In this document: positions 22,741-37,159 of the stretch, piece after piece
Numbering within the stretch: position 1 is the stretch's first letter
Layout: each line of letters opens with the position of its first letter
Source of the DNA: Lama guanicoe
Taxonomy: Eukaryota
Assembly: GCA_013239625.1 (NCBI GenBank)
Contig: MU054187.1
Span: 12,689,325-12,741,961 of the forward strand
DNA length: 52,637 nt
Reading direction: 5' to 3'
The notes under the pieces: model-generated
What the model saw: only the letters and a program-made list of their open reading frames with translations
Database searches by the model: none
Told to the model about the DNA's origin: nothing
Translations under genes and position numbers: made by a program

Positions 22741-25429
22741 ATCCAAAATTACTGAGCACCTACTCTGTGTCAGGCATTGGGCTAGAAGTACAAATGTAGA
22801 TAAAGGATCATTCCTGCATCAGGGATGCTAAAATCCTAACACCATGGAACAAATGATTCATAGAATTGAGACTAGAGCTCTTTCTGTTTGCAGAGGCCAA
22901 GGATATATTCAAGAGTTGCGGGGGAGGGGGGCGCGGTGTGGGGAGAGAGAGAGAGAGCACGAGAGAGAAAGGAATTCAGAGGATTTGTGGCAGTATTAGT
23001 CAACCTTGTCTCTAGGCAGCCATGACCTCCCAGTTTCCATTAACCCACACTCCTCTGGCCACACTGACTAGGGCTCTTTCTTACATAATCCTTCCCACCA
23101 GGTCTGTTGCCTTCCCATTGGTCTCCAAGTCACCAGAGGAGCTGTTCTGTGTCAGGAAATAAAGGTGCTTATGCTTCAGGGGCTAGGATGAGACTTGTTC
23201 AATTCCAAGAATTGGGAAATACAAATACAATTCTTTAAGGAAAATCAGGTTTCTAATGTAAAATATTCAGTTACTTTGACATATTTACTATGATTCTTAT
23301 TCCTAAAGAAACAGATAAAAGAGTAAATGGAACAAACATTTCAGCTATTGTTTTGTTCATATGATCTTTAGTGTACCCAAGGATATTAATTTTGGGAAAA
23401 TTTTCAGTTACCAATTGCATTCAGTGTGGGTTTTATTTACTTATTAATATAATGAAACTCTCAGTTTTCTGTTTTGCCAAAATGTGTAATCCAAAGTGAA
23501 AGTTATAATTTCTTAACATTATACAGTGTTCTAGAGGCTCTCTGGACATAAATATTATTTCAGTGTTGTCTATTTTGAAACTATAATATTACCAACAGAG
23601 CAAAGATATTAATCCTAAAATTATTATTCTGCTTTAAGGGTAGGTATATTTTAAAATTTTTATTTGATGAAAACATCACCCTATTCTTCTGTAGAACACA
23701 GAAAAAAATTAGGAACTAAAATATAGTTTACTGAGAAAAGTTGCTAGTCGTCTTGGTACGTGGACAAAGTACTCACAGTTCTCTTTGAACATTTAAAAGT
23801 CTGTTGTACCATGCTCTGGACAAGCTTTTAGGTTTAAAAAAAGTTGGCTAATTGACCTATTTTAAACTCTTCTCACTATGTCCCCAGTCTGAAGACCAGA
23901 GTGCTTTTCTGAAGAGCTGGATTTTTTATGAGGTGTTAAATCAACATTGCCAAATGTGACTTTGTGGAGCTCTCTGCATCCTCATAGTAGAGTGATGCAG
24001 GCTACTTGATCATTTGTGTATCTTTAATAGCCCATGATTAACCCTTCTTATAAGGAAATGTGTGTGATGGCTTGGTTATATATAAATCATCATGAATAGA
24101 ATGCATTTGTATTTATGTAGGACCAAGGCCAGGAACCCTTCCATGTATCCATTTATATTTGTTCTGCAGACTTAAAAATGTTGGCAGGACAGACTGCATG
24201 CACGGCATCTTGAGTAGTGATGCATTCTTGATACACTGATGAAGAAAAATGGGTAAACCAGCTTAGGTTTCTTAGATTTTTGTGGGGGGAGGAGAAGGAC
24301 TTTGTTTCCAGAGTACAGTAGTAATAATCTCTTACCTCCACATAGTCCTTTCCATTTCCCTGTGTGAATTATCCCATATTCACTGCCATGATCCTCACAG
24401 CTTCCCTGAGAGTTGAGAAGGGCAGGTGAGACCCTCAGTTCGTCGTGGAGGAAACCATACCCAGGAACATTTGCTTGAAAATGTACTGAAAGTGGCCCTC
24501 AAGTCCATTGTCCTTACTAGTCCTTTCATTACAGGAGTCTCAGTGTGGTCTCAGGAAGCTTGAGAAGAAAAAGCTTTCAAAAAACTTTAATCTGTAGCAC
24601 TTGGTTGCTCAGGCCCTAGACCAAGCTGGTGGTTCATTTTTCTGTAATTGGGAATTTGATGACAGAAATCTAGCCTGAGGAGAGTATGGGAATGCCTGGC
24701 AGAGGCAAAGAGGACATTTAGGTATTGATGGAATTGATGGAAGTGGAGGAGAAAGAGAACTCCAGTAAATATTTTAATGATTCCCAAGTGAATTTTTAAA
24801 GTTTAGATTCTAAATACATTGAAGCCTCGTTATAACATTGTTTTTGAGACTTATGCTTTAGAATGAACTTAGAGGTATTTCGAAATCTTGACCCTTTTTG
24901 GGTGAAGTCTCAATTTTCATAATTTAATGAAGAATGTTATAGTCATAGCTTAATAGTAAGGCTATGCCTACTTTCTCAATAAAATAGCATTTCTTCCTTT
25001 TGAAAGTATTTGCTAAATGAAGAGGAATAAATTCTTCTCTTCTTTCTCTTGTTGTATGGATATTTGTGTGTGTCTTGTCCTTCTAATCTAAACTGTAAAT
25101 TCCAAAAAAATGGGAGCTAAATATTATACATACTACTCATATAATAAATATTTGTCGAGTTAAATGATTTGTGCCTTTCAGGCAAATACTTACTATATAT
25201 TCCATATGCCTGTGCAATTTCTCTTTTGTGCAGTTGAAAATACTTTTTAATAATGGTTTTTAAAATAATGGTTCTAATTCCCTCGTTCGTGTATGTCTAC
25301 CTGCTTAAAATAGATTTTGACCTCAAATTCTATGGCTATTAAATGTTACGCATATGCTCATGCCAGATATAATGATTGTATGGCTTTTACTAGTGAAGGT
25401 CACTATGGCATCATTTGGTGATTTAATGC

Positions 25430-25600
25430 TGTACTTAGTTCAGATTTCAGCTCTGGGACATCTTACCTGTGAAACTTTGGGCAAATGACTGCAGTGTCCT
25501 CATCTGACAGCACTGAGGATCATTAGAGTGTTGTGAGAACCAAATGAGGCAGGACTTGGCATAGAGTAAATTCTTCTATATTAGATGTTATTAAGATTAT
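25430..25600 (+). mobile_element. MIR SINE fragment
   Basis: 'gttcagatttcagctctg ... cttacctgtgaaactttgggcaaatgact ... cagtgtcctcatctg ... gttgtgagaaccaaatgag'. Confidence 0.65.
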
Positions 25601-26233
25601 CTTGAATTGAGGATATTTACATAAGTGCTTGCTCCAAATAAGATAATTGTAAGATAAGTGATATCCTTGAGTGGCAGTTGAATTGCTTTCATAATTTACT
25701 TTTCTGATCTGAGTAAAAATGTTGTGGATTTTATGTTTCAAGATAAAAACAGATATTAGAAAATGTTTGAAAAATTAAATTATGTAATCAATTCACATTT
25801 CTAATTGATTTTTTTTTCTCACAACTCTGGACGTTAGGTCTTATCTTAAGTTGTCTTTTAAGTAGTAAATATATAGTATGTATTTGCTTCCTTTGATGTG
25901 TATAATTCACTAGTGTGTGGTCTGTTCTCACCACTACACTGTCTTTTCCAAAGATGACAACACCTCCCATCCCACACGTGTCCTTTCATCATCTGAAAAC
26001 ACTACTGGGGTTACTACAACTCTGAGATGCTAAATCATGCTTTAGGCTTGCCAGGAATCCTTTAGCTATCAAATGTTTATCAGCCTTTAGGAGGAAAGTA
26101 CTTCCTTATTACATAAAATCACTCATTACATGGTTGGGTGGTTTCTTTTATTTGAGTGGTTTCTGACAGCTGCAGGAAGGAAAAAAAAAGCCACACAGAT
26201 TTGAAGGACCTCAAATATAATACACAGTATAGT

Positions 26234-26400
26234 AGAGATTCCTAACTTTACTCAATTATAAGTATTTGCTAAAAATACAACTATCCAGGCCCCTTCCTTG
26301 AAGATTCTGAGCCAGTAGTTCTGGGGTGGGGTCCTAAATCTGTATTTTTAACAAGTGTGTCAGATGATTCTTCTGATCTGGCCAGCTTGGAAAACACTGC
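26234..26400. mobile_element. MER5-family MITE
   Basis: 'aaaaatacaactatccaggcccc ... agattctgagccagtagttctggggtggggtcctaaatctgtatttttaacaag ... ttggaaaacactg'. Confidence 0.8.
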
Positions 26401-26599
26401 ATGTAGAAACCTATGAGAGTACAGGAGCAACCTCAAGGAAACATTTCTTTATTTTCCTCCCATTTTAGAAATATCAGTAAGCAAAGAGAAACAGTAGTAA
26501 AATAACCTATAATATTATTTCTCAGAATTATTATGGCTGTTAACAAGCATTACAAGTGGGGGCTCTGGAACCAGACTGTTGGGTTCTAATACTGGGAGG

Positions 26600-26898
26600 T
26601 AGCCAAGTCATGGAGAAGCTGCATGTAGGTGTTCTGGTTGCCAGCCCAAGTCTTTGATTCATCCCAGCCCAGATATGTCAGTGAAGGAGCCTAGAGGTGA
26701 TTCCAGCCTCCTTCTGTCATCTCTAGCTATCAAGTCTTCCAGCTGAGGTCCCAGACATCGTGGAGAAGAGATAAACCATTCCTGCATGCCCTGTCGAAAT
26801 TCCTAAGTCACACAATCTGTAAGCATAGAGAAGATGGTTGCTGTTTTAGGCCACAAAATTTTGGAGTCTTTTTTTATGTAACAATAGTCACTGGAACA
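26600..26898 (+). mobile_element. MLT1 (MLT1G-like) ERVL-MaLR solo LTR, 3' part
   Basis: 'gtcttccagctgaggtcccagacatcgtggagaagagataaaccattcctg ... ggttgctgttttaggccacaaaattttggag ... caatagtcactggaaca'. Confidence 0.85.
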
Positions 26899-28094
26899 TA
26901 TATCTTTCCAAATCCACGAATGTAGTAACCATATGTCTCATTCATGACTTAATCTTCGTCACCTAGCATATAATAGCCCTCAAACATTCATTGAACAATG
27001 TATTATGTATTAAACAAGTCTTCATTGTCAGGAAACTAGATAGTTTTCCGTTATTCTCTGTGATTCCACTTAAGCCTTGGAGTAAAGACCTGGATGTGGA
27101 AATGCTGAGTCATAGAGTACGGTAAATGATCTTGATATGGAGATACTGAAACATTCAATTACTGTTATTGCCCACAAAGAATCATCCAGAGAGAGCCTGT
27201 CAAAGTTAAACCATTGGCACATACCTTAAAAAACTAACATGTGCCAATTAAATGCACAGGACTGATTTATAAACCAGAATGATGACTTTTGAACACAATG
27301 CAATATATTACCTTAAAACAAGAGGTTTGCTAGCCTGGTGGTTCTTCACTTGATGTCAGGGATTCCAAGAAAGTTGTGAAAAGACGCCCATAGGCTATGT
27401 CAAATATTTCTGCAAACCTAATTTATCTTACATGTTCTTGAATTAAGGCAAGATGTTAACAAGCATGTTGAGTTTCATTTCCTTTGGCCAGACTTATGAG
27501 TCATCTCGTGTCGCTCAGGCATTCTGATGTTGAAATCATAGGAACGTTGAGGCGTAGTTGCTCTAGCCATATGCTATTAGCAGAGCCACATATCAGATAG
27601 TGTCGGAACTAAATGCATCTCATCCATCATTTCACCAACTCTGATAAGATACAGCGGAGGTAGCCAAAATTAAGGGCCCAATAGCAGTAAGCAGTGCTCA
27701 CATGTCTAAATCCTTATTTAAATTATTTACTCATCATCATAGCCATATTAGTGATTTATATGATTTCATAATATTACTGTGAGTACTTGCTGATTTTGAA
27801 TCTTTAGGTAAGACTTAGATTTTGTAACAGAGCACACAATATTTAATATAACCTGTTTGGTCATCAAAAACCTTTCAAATCATGTAACCTATGTGGACAA
27901 AATACTATAAAAGCATAGGGACAGAAGTTTGAAAAATAAAGATGTGTTTACAGGGGTGCCACTGACAATTGCTCCAACACTGAAGAATAAATTAGGTTGT
28001 TTATAAGCACAAACTTATAACAAAGGGAAATGGATTACTTTTTTTCATGTCTAGGATAGTTAGGAACCCCCCCCCATTCTCTGAAGAGTAAACA

Positions 28095-28300
28095 TAATTG
28101 CAAAAACATTGGGATTTGGAGTCAGAGAACAAGGGGGTTAAATTCTAAGCAGGTGATCCTGGACAGTTCCTGGACGTCTGTGCACCTCATCGGTAATGTT
28201 GGGATAATATTAACTCAGGGTTTTGTGAAGACTAAATGAGCTAACATATGAAGATCCAGTCATAATGGATGGCACACTGGTGTTCAATAAATGTTAGTGG
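28095..28300 (+). mobile_element. MIR SINE
   Basis: 'aaaacattgggatttggagtcagagaac ... ctcagggttttgtgaagactaaatgagctaacatatg ... tggcacactggtgttcaataaatgttag'. Confidence 0.8.
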
Positions 28301-30929
28301 AATTCAAATTCATCTTTCTGGATATCTGTCACTGACTTTCAGGATTGGGGCATCCTCTTCCTTGGATAGTAATGTAAACATAATAATTCTGGAGTTTTTT
28401 CCAGCCACAAGATAATTCTTGCTTATTCTGATTTGTAATTTTCCCCAACTGTCAGGTGAGAGTACACTTTCTTTACATTAGTTGCATTACTGATAACCAA
28501 GTGGGCACCACATTTGAAACCATCTCATTATGTGAGTTACCAGAAAGATGATGAATGGTATCTGTTTTGTCTTATTTTAATGTCAGTTCTAGGAGGTGAC
28601 TTTTTCTGATTCTGTTTTTAATCTCTGAAATTGTATCTTATCTTTTGGTACTTGTAGATAGAAATCTTCAGGCATCCACAGTGCCCATGAATGAAATGTA
28701 GGCAAGTTAATATTGGAAGTCAACTTAGAATTCACTTGGTTTTGTTATCATTTCCATTGTATTGATTAAGAAATCAGAAAGTACAACTAAGTTAAAAGAA
28801 TCTAGGAAGCAGCAGAAGCAAACTAAGTAATCATCTAACAAAACTCTCATTTAATGCACTTGGGGGGGCTAGACGTTCACTGTGGTGAAGCACAGAGACC
28901 AGCTCTTGGGAATCACATCTCCTAGTCCAGTGCTTTTCCCAACAATTCCCTGTGATTTTATAAGTCATGAATTTGATATTACCAAATTAATAACAAAAAT
29001 GTAGACCCTTAATTTCTAATTGAGCAAATGCCTCATACAAGGTTTGAATAAGGTCCTTATGAAAACATTGGGCAAGATTTAGAGAGTTCCTTTGCTATAA
29101 AAGGAATTATAAAATTAAATTGAAACATAAGGTGATTTTATAGTGACAAATCTTCAGGTGATTGCAACAATATTAGTGTCTTTTGTATACTTTTCATTTT
29201 GTCTTGAGTTTTAAATCCAAACAAAGTCACTGGAATAACAAAAGAATGAAGTAAGTCCCTGGATAGGTTTGAAGCTCAGTTTGATTCCTTATATGGTTAA
29301 ATTGTATTAAAGCTCACATCTGTCTTTGGACAATAGAAACATAAAAATGTACATTAAATGCTGATAAAAGTTAGATTCATTCATTTTCTCAAATAAATAT
29401 TTGATATTGTTTTGCTTCATAGGCACTGAAAGCATATAGGTAGGTATTTAAATCTACAGAGTTTATATCTCTCTTCCTTTTCTTGGAAGTGAATTATTTT
29501 TAAAGATTTTTTTCCCTAAGCTCCCCTAACAAACTGCTATCAGATCAGAGCAACTTGCCAATCAACCTTTGTCAATTCAGTAACAAGCGCAGACTGGACT
29601 ATATACACTTATGGCTGAGACCACACCATGGGTTCAAATCAACTGCTTTCTTTAATCATCTCATATTTGTTATTCTGTCTTTTGGTTGTAGAAACTTAAA
29701 AAAACGAGAGTAACTTAGATTGTTTTACTCCAGCAGTTCTCGTGAATAATTTTCCTAGCTCCCTTCCTTTTTAATAAGAATTTTTTGGACAAGAATTTTA
29801 ACAACTGTAACTCTGAAAAGGGCAGAGGTAGAAGTGAGAATTTTACAAAGGTGATTAGACACAGTTACATATTTATTCTTTACCATAAAGGAACTAGAAA
29901 AGATAAAAGAAAAAGTAGGTTATTTGCTAAAAAATGTTTGTCAGTAGAATAGTGCCCAAGAGCTGTCTGTAATATTGGAAATATTGCTTGACTGTTTTCA
30001 ATCTGTTCCAAGCCTTCTTAGGTTGACCCCACCCCACTCCCTGCCACCTCCAAGTCAGGTTACTATGATGTTTGTTGATTGTTAATTGCCTGGGAGTGGG
30101 GAAGGGGATTGTGAAGAGGGAAAGGAATAGAAATAAAAGTGCTTTCTTTGCAAAATAGGGAGCGTCCGTTCAACTTTTCCCATTTTACATATCTGAAAGG
30201 AAATAAGTCAGAAGACCATAGTGAGTGATCTCAAGAGTTTGAAAAGGAATCACTGATTATTTCTAATAGAAAAATCCCTATATCTTTTAAATCCTCTGGT
30301 AATTGTCTCTTTAGGTGTCCAGGTGTAGGAAATGAGAATTATTTTCTAGCATCTATTATCCCAAGATAGCAAAGAAAGCTTAACCATCATGTGTTCCTCC
30401 TGCTTAAGCCTAAAGTATGTCTACATGATGATGGCAATATGGGAAGAAGTCAGCAACAAGTCTTTTTGAAAAAAAAATTTGTTTTTGCAATATTGTGTCA
30501 AATATCCAGTTGGATTTTCTTCAGGCTGGTTATTTGACTGCTGCAGGGTGGAAGGGAGGGGAGAGAGGGAGGGAAGGAGGGAGTGCTGCTGGGAGGTTCA
30601 GGTTATTTCATCTCGCTCTGGTGCAACATGTGGGGGTCAAGGCTCATTGACTCCGTATAGCTGAACCATATGAAACTACTGTTTTTATTGGTCAGAATGG
30701 TTGCATATCAGCGAATTCATATGCTGTAACTTATTAGATAATAGTGAACACCTATGCTTTCATTATTCATTAATTTAACAAGTATTTATTGGATCCCACC
30801 TTATATAAGAGGATGTAAAAAACCAACAGCTCTTCTAGAGCCCCTTGGCTTGAGACTTGCAAGCTCTTATTTCTTTTAAGACTGCTTAAGGAGTCAGAAT
30901 TACTTAGTCTTTACATAAGAGTGATTAAC

Positions 30930-31215
30930 TTGTACATATAATTTTCATCTTAACTTTCTCCTTAACATGAGAAAAATATTCCATGTTATAAAATTTTCAT
31001 AACTCTATTTCAAGGGCTATAAAATACCCCTTTAAGTGGATAGTTTATTGGCCATTCCTGTATTTCGGGGACATTTAGGTAGTTGGCTTACTGTCTTTGT
31101 GCATGAAATGTTTTTCTGTTATTCAGGTTATTTCCCTAGGATAGAGTCCCCAAAGTGGAATTACTTGGTCAAAGGGTATGAACATACAAAAATCTCTTGG
31201 TACACGTCAACTGGA
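30930..31215 (-). mobile_element. L1ME-like 3' end fragment
   Basis: 'gggacatttaggtagttgg ... tatttccctaggatagagtcccaaagtggaattacttggtcaaagggtatgaacat'. Confidence 0.8.
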
Positions 31216-32129
31216 AATAGCTGTATTTTTAATACTGCTTGAAATATGAAGTTTGACTCCTCATCAGTCCCAGGATATGTTAAAAACTGTTTAAAATGAC
31301 TTGCTTGCATGGTGGTCCAAAACCATATGCAATGACAATGTCACAGTCTGGATAAAGGAAGAGGTTTGGAGTTGCTGGTATCGAGAGAACCACTAGCTTT
31401 TCTCAAAGGGAATGGCCTCTGAATAAGCTGATACCAAGAAGAAAGACCAAATTCCCAATGCATGCACGATTTCTTAAAGTTCTGTTTGTAATTATTTTGC
31501 CTTCAGGAAATGAGGGAAAAGGAGACCAAGTTTAAGCCTACATTTGGGGACTTTTCTAAAGAATACATTACAATTTTCACTCCTTGGGAAAGAAGAAGTA
31601 AAAGACAGAGTAAGTGTAGGTTTAGATAGTGTGTTTTTGCTTAAAATATGTGATAAACCTGAGGGAACTTAGTATTGGGCGGTAATATCTATTAGAGCAT
31701 ATTTTAAAATTCCTGCATATTTACATTAGTGTCTCTTAATCAGTAAGATAAAGCAATTGGACTAATGCTAACTAGACTCTAACTTTTGAGTCTGAGGAGA
31801 AAATAAGCTACTGAGGAATAAGTGTCTACATGTGATATAGCATTTGGTGAGAGGGGACCTCGAGGAAAGAGAATGGGACAACTGCCGGGTCAAGGTGTGG
31901 CTGCTGTGTGTGTCGGCCATCTTGCTTGTTCAGATGATGCTCTGAGACCAGCTTACCCTAGAATCCAGATATAGGGCCCAGCCGTGGCTCACATGGGATC
32001 ATTAACATCCCATGGATCATAGCCATATCCAGAAAGGGAAAATGCTGGGACCATGAGAATATCCTGCTTTGGGGCCAGGGCAAAGCATCAGGGGGCAGGT
32101 CAGGGCCTCTCAGAGCCACTTCCATGGGA

Positions 32130-32365
32130 GGCAGTAGAGCATAGTGGTTTGGAGCATGGATCCAGACAGCTTAGGTTAGAAACTGGGTGCCACTCCTTGC
32201 TAGCTGTGTGACCTCAGATGAGTTCTTAACCTCTCTGTGCTTTAGTTTACTCATCTGTAAGATGGGGCTTATAATAGCCCCTGCCTCAGGGTGGCTATGA
32301 AGATATAAGTGAGTTAATACACAGTAAGTGCTTAGAATGGTCCTGGGCATTAGTAAGTGCTATGT
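32130..32365 (+). mobile_element. Near full-length MIR SINE
   Basis: Head 'cagtagagcatagtggtttggagcatgg', core 'ctagctgtgtgacctcagatgagttcttaacctctctgtgctttagtttactcatctgtaagatgggg', tail 'aagtgcttagaatggtcctgggcattagtaagtgct'. Confidence 0.9.
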
Positions 32366-35300
32366 GTATTTTTCCTCCCAGTAGATTAAAATAAACATCT
32401 AAAGAGGGTTACAGAAAGATTTTGGTTCACTAAATGGGTATATTTAACAAATTCACCTTTTACACACACAGTATGGTGACTGTAGGACAACTTCATCTGG
32501 GGATTAAGGCAAAAGTCTACATCCAGTGTGATGTGAGATGTGACAGATGGGCCTCCTGGTGCACCCCAGGCAAGGCCCTGGCGGTCAGGCCACTGCTTCC
32601 TTCCTTGATCACTATGCTGATTAATCAGCTGTCTTTTCCTTTTTAAAGAGTGCTTCCCTCAAGTGAAGCATTTGTTACGCTAGGGAGCAAATTTGGTATG
32701 GTGTCATTGCCTCCTCGACTTCCCCAGCTACCTCAGAGCAGCCATTTTGAGCAGAGAACATATCACTGAGGCTCCTGTGTTAGTGCCCCTGAGATCTGGA
32801 CAGCTTCATGTGTGGAACATTGCTCTCAGGACCAGGGAGAAAGTCAAATTGGGACATTCATGGAAAATTCATGGTTCTCCTGGTGCCCTGACACTGGGTG
32901 GTTGAATAGCAGGTCAGATGCTAGTCAGAGGAAATAGTGCAGAACAAGACAAAGGGTTTCTTTTGTCTCTATTCTGATCAGAGGAAACCGAAGAATCTAA
33001 GACTTACAGGTCAGTACCAGCCATGCCACGCTTTGGAAGGCAATCTGGAGTAGCTATGCTTGAAAATGTCTAATTCTGAGTTAAATGTAGGAGATATTAC
33101 AGATCCTTCATTGTAATTAGACATTTGAAAGGGCACTGTAGAACATTCATACCTGTCTACAAGATCTTTACTGAGGTCTAGAGGACCTCAAGTCATGGTC
33201 AGACTTGCAAAAATCCTTGTGCATTATGAAGAGTGGTGCCTGAAATACAGACCAAGGAACCCTAGGCATTTTCGATTTTCCAAAGACCAGATATTATAGA
33301 AAGGTGTGTTACTTCATTTCCAAAACACCATCTCACTTAAAGTTTCAACAAAGAATTGCTGTTGGCTTTAGGTCACTTGTATGTGCCTGTAGTAAAATTA
33401 AGACCATTTGCTGCTTTGAACAATTCCATTTAGCCATTATGGAAGCTGTTTTCATGGCTCTTCTCCCTCTTAAATAATCATTTTTTCTTGTTTCTCAGTA
33501 TCAGTGTCTCAAAATAAAGCATCTAATTATGAGATGCTCAAAGCATCTTTGATCTTTTGTTTTTCTTTAATATATACTGATATATATATATAAAGTTTAT
33601 AAACAACATTTATTTAAATTATGTTTTTTGACAGTAGATGGGCTCTCATAGACCTGAAAGATAAAATTACTTCAAAAATGACTTAGATTAAATGAAAATT
33701 TAACTGTCTGATTCCAGGGATGTTAGCTATGTGTGAAAATAAAGACTGCAACATGTGAATTCAAGTTCAAAGATTCATTAAAGTTCATGGCAAATCTCAT
33801 TGGGAGTGAGTCAAATTGGAAAATATTGTTAAAACTATAGCCGAATGTGTATTATACCTCTAGGGGTCACTTATTTGGAATTTTTTCTCATGCCATATAC
33901 CTAGATTTTTATCTGTTCCAAGTGTGGTACTTAAGCTTACACGAAGCATGTTAAATCTCCTGCAAAGTGAATTTCTCCCTTGTCCCAGGGAGTGATTTCT
34001 CCCCTCACCTCACAGGTAGTTCTTTCAGCTGCTGAGATCACTCAGTTGGTGTGCTGCTTTGTGTCTGACAGGAGGGGTAATGAAACAGCCTCGGAGATAA
34101 AAACTAGTTGTTGAAGTTGCTGGAAAAGATTAAAGACAACCGGAGAATTTGCTGGAGCGGCATGAAAAATAAATTACCTGAGTGAGTAATGATTAATGAA
34201 GCCACTCTTAGGAACCAACTTAAACGGTTTGAGGGTGTTCTTAAATACTTCAAGGAGTGCTTCTCTTTTTTGGTTTGTGCACACAGGGACACATATTGTA
34301 ACATTACTTAAAATGACTAATTTAGAAATAAAGGGTTTTTTAATTAGATGTTGAGAAATTGGAATATACTTTCTCACCACTGCATATTTCTGACTTCATT
34401 CCTTATGTCTTGCCAACGGCCTTTTGAAGTATGACACTTCCATGGTAATAGAAAGAATAATCTAATGTATTATCAAGAATTATCCTTGAGGATAATTTAA
34501 TAGTTAAAATAAATTGGCACATATTAACAGCTTTCCTCCGTGGATTATGTTATTCACACAAGTAAGTGCAATCAGCCTGTTTTATCAACTGATCAACAAA
34601 ACGTTTTTGTCACAGAAGAACGGGAGCAAAAACTCTGTAGGCTGGAATATTCCAGCTTGAGCACATTCGTAGAATAACGGAATCCCTGAGACAAAAGCCA
34701 TAGATTAATATCATCACTTTAAATTTTGGTGAGGGTGAAGAGAACAGAAAATGGCTAAATTTAAGTGTATTGATTGGTGTACATATACTTTCTAGATGGG
34801 GAGGGGGGAGCAAATAGAGTTTAGGAAAATAAAATACTTTTCCATTTCCAAACACTGTGTTTCATATTAAAGTAATTTATCAAGAAGCTGTAAGTTATAA
34901 ATCTTGAGCTTATGACTACAGCAAGGGCCTCAGCTTGAACCCAAGCTACATACACCCTGAGATTCCAGCAGATCTGAAAGGCTTGTCATGTGCTTGTCTG
35001 GGGACTATTTGAAAAAAGTCCAAGAAGCCTCCTAAGAAGGGTGAGTCATCCTAAGGCAGAGGAAAGGTTGGAGGACCAAGACTGTATGAAGTGGGGCGGG
35101 GGCGGTTCTGCATGGGCGTCTCAGCTTTGTCTTCTGTGTGCCACGGTTTTTCCTGGGGATGATGCCAGATCCCAGTGGAGAAGACTCACAGTGAAACCAG
35201 TAAGAGAGATTTTCCTCTTCTTTACTAAAATGTCTGAGATGCTAGGGAACATAATGCCGCGCCACTTTTGGGAGCAAGTAGCAGAGTGTGGAGGAAGCGG

Positions 35301-37159
35301 GGGGCCTCCGTATGGAGCTGAGTGGGTTGCCTGCAGTGCGCAGCTCAGGGTAGGGGTTGGCGGGGCGTGATCACCTGCAGAATCACAGGCAAGGGTCTCA
35401 GGAGAGGTATTCTCTCCACTTCAGCAGAGAGGCCTTGGGTAGGGGTGACATCAGGAATGCTTGAGTCTGCTACTACTTTGGCAAGATGCAGCGTTGATGG
35501 AGGACATGCCTCGGGGCATGGCTGGCTTGGGAGGTTGGCGTGGCTTTGGAGAGTTCATAGTCTCAAGCCCAGTAGGAGGCGTCACTTCTCCCAGTAACAG
35601 GAGAAGCCGTAGGAGGAATGCTGAGTGGGAGCTGGGAGGAGTCCGGATTTCCAACCTACTGAAGCTGTCCAGCAGGGGCTCCCAGACTGGTGGGGGAAGT
35701 CAGACTTGTGGGGAGAGAGTAAAACTAAAGGAGTAACAGTGTTTCGTGGCTTGTACTCTTACATGTACCCCTCCAAACTCATGTAGCTTCTGGAAAAGTG
35801 GGTGTTCTATACTATATTCATTATATATTTCTGAAAGTACAAACCAAGAACTCATCATTTGGTAACAAAGAATAGAATTGGCACTGTTTATTGAATGGCT
35901 ATTAAGAGTTAGGAAATATCAATGTCCCCTTAAATGGAGGTGCGGATATCATCGTGAGGGTTCTTCTTGAAGGCCGAGGTGGTGGTGCAGGGACAGCTGA
36001 GATTCTCTAGGCAACCAAAGAGGCCCTTCTTTGTATGGATAGTATTTCAGACAGCTGTGTCCCTTCTGTTCACCCATTTCTGCTGTGTGTGGCCACCTCA
36101 CTTCCACTTAGATTGCTTTCCAAATCGGAGACTTAACTAGCTCTCAGAGTTAGTGTGTGTCATTCCTTCCTTCTAATCTGTAACCCTCTGGAATGATTCA
36201 GTGAGCATCATTATACCCATCTGATAGATGGCAAACCTGAGGTTCATAAGAGTCAAATAAATTGCTAAAGTGGGCAGAAAATAGAGGTAGAATCTTCATG
36301 CAAGCCCAGATCCATGTCTTCTTACAACCAACGATCTGTAAGATGTTCTCTTAGAACAAACTACTGCATTGTAAGTAGGGGTAAAAGACCTTACACATTA
36401 AAGATTCACTGTTTAGTGCAATTATCTCATTAAATGGTAGAAAATACCGATAGTGTTTTCTCCGATATAGCAAATGTAACTCAGAGGAGGAACAACCACA
36501 TAACTCAGTTATTAATCTTATTCTCCAATTTGGCAAATCTTTAAGCTGTGATTGAGTCCCTTGACTCATCCTTGTATCTAACCTTGTGTAATAGCTATAA
36601 TGACAACTCTTTGTTTCTGAACAAGAACAATGGGCTCTAATTGAGGGCTGTTTCTTTAAGAAGCAAGACCACATGGGAGGTACCATAAATATGGAGAAAT
36701 ATGAACCCAAGTTTGGTTTCTTGCTATGTCTATCTATTAGGATAATTGCTTTGTCCTTGGTTTTATCTATATACAAACAAATGGAAAAACTTTATAAGAA
36801 TTGTATATGAGTATTGTCTGTTGTGCAAACACATCATTAACAAAGTTGTGGGAAAGAAGATTGGGTAAGAATAGAGAGTGATTCATAGTTGGCTTGGAAA
36901 AGCTAGAGGTCTAGCACAGAACCAAATACTGCCCTATCTGGTTATTTAGCTGTCATGTGTGTGATCTTTACTGTCTAATTAAATTATACCCTCCTGAAGG
37001 CAAAGGCCATCACTTATTCTCTGGTTGTACTCTCTGTAGTGCCCTAGTGCAGGGGCAGGCAGAGAAGACAGCCACAAAATTGTTTCTCTATTAAAATGCA
37101 ACCTTACAACTAACTTGGATTTCAATTCCTGCAAAGGCGTATGTTCTAAAACCACCTCC

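Noticed and set aside
27335..27960. Possible old hAT-Charlie DNA transposon remnant
   Set aside because: Only a vague resemblance; I could not identify TIRs or the family.
31914..31924. Perfect YY1 motif CAAGATGGCCG on the minus strand
   Set aside because: Isolated motif with no CpG island or L1 5'UTR context.
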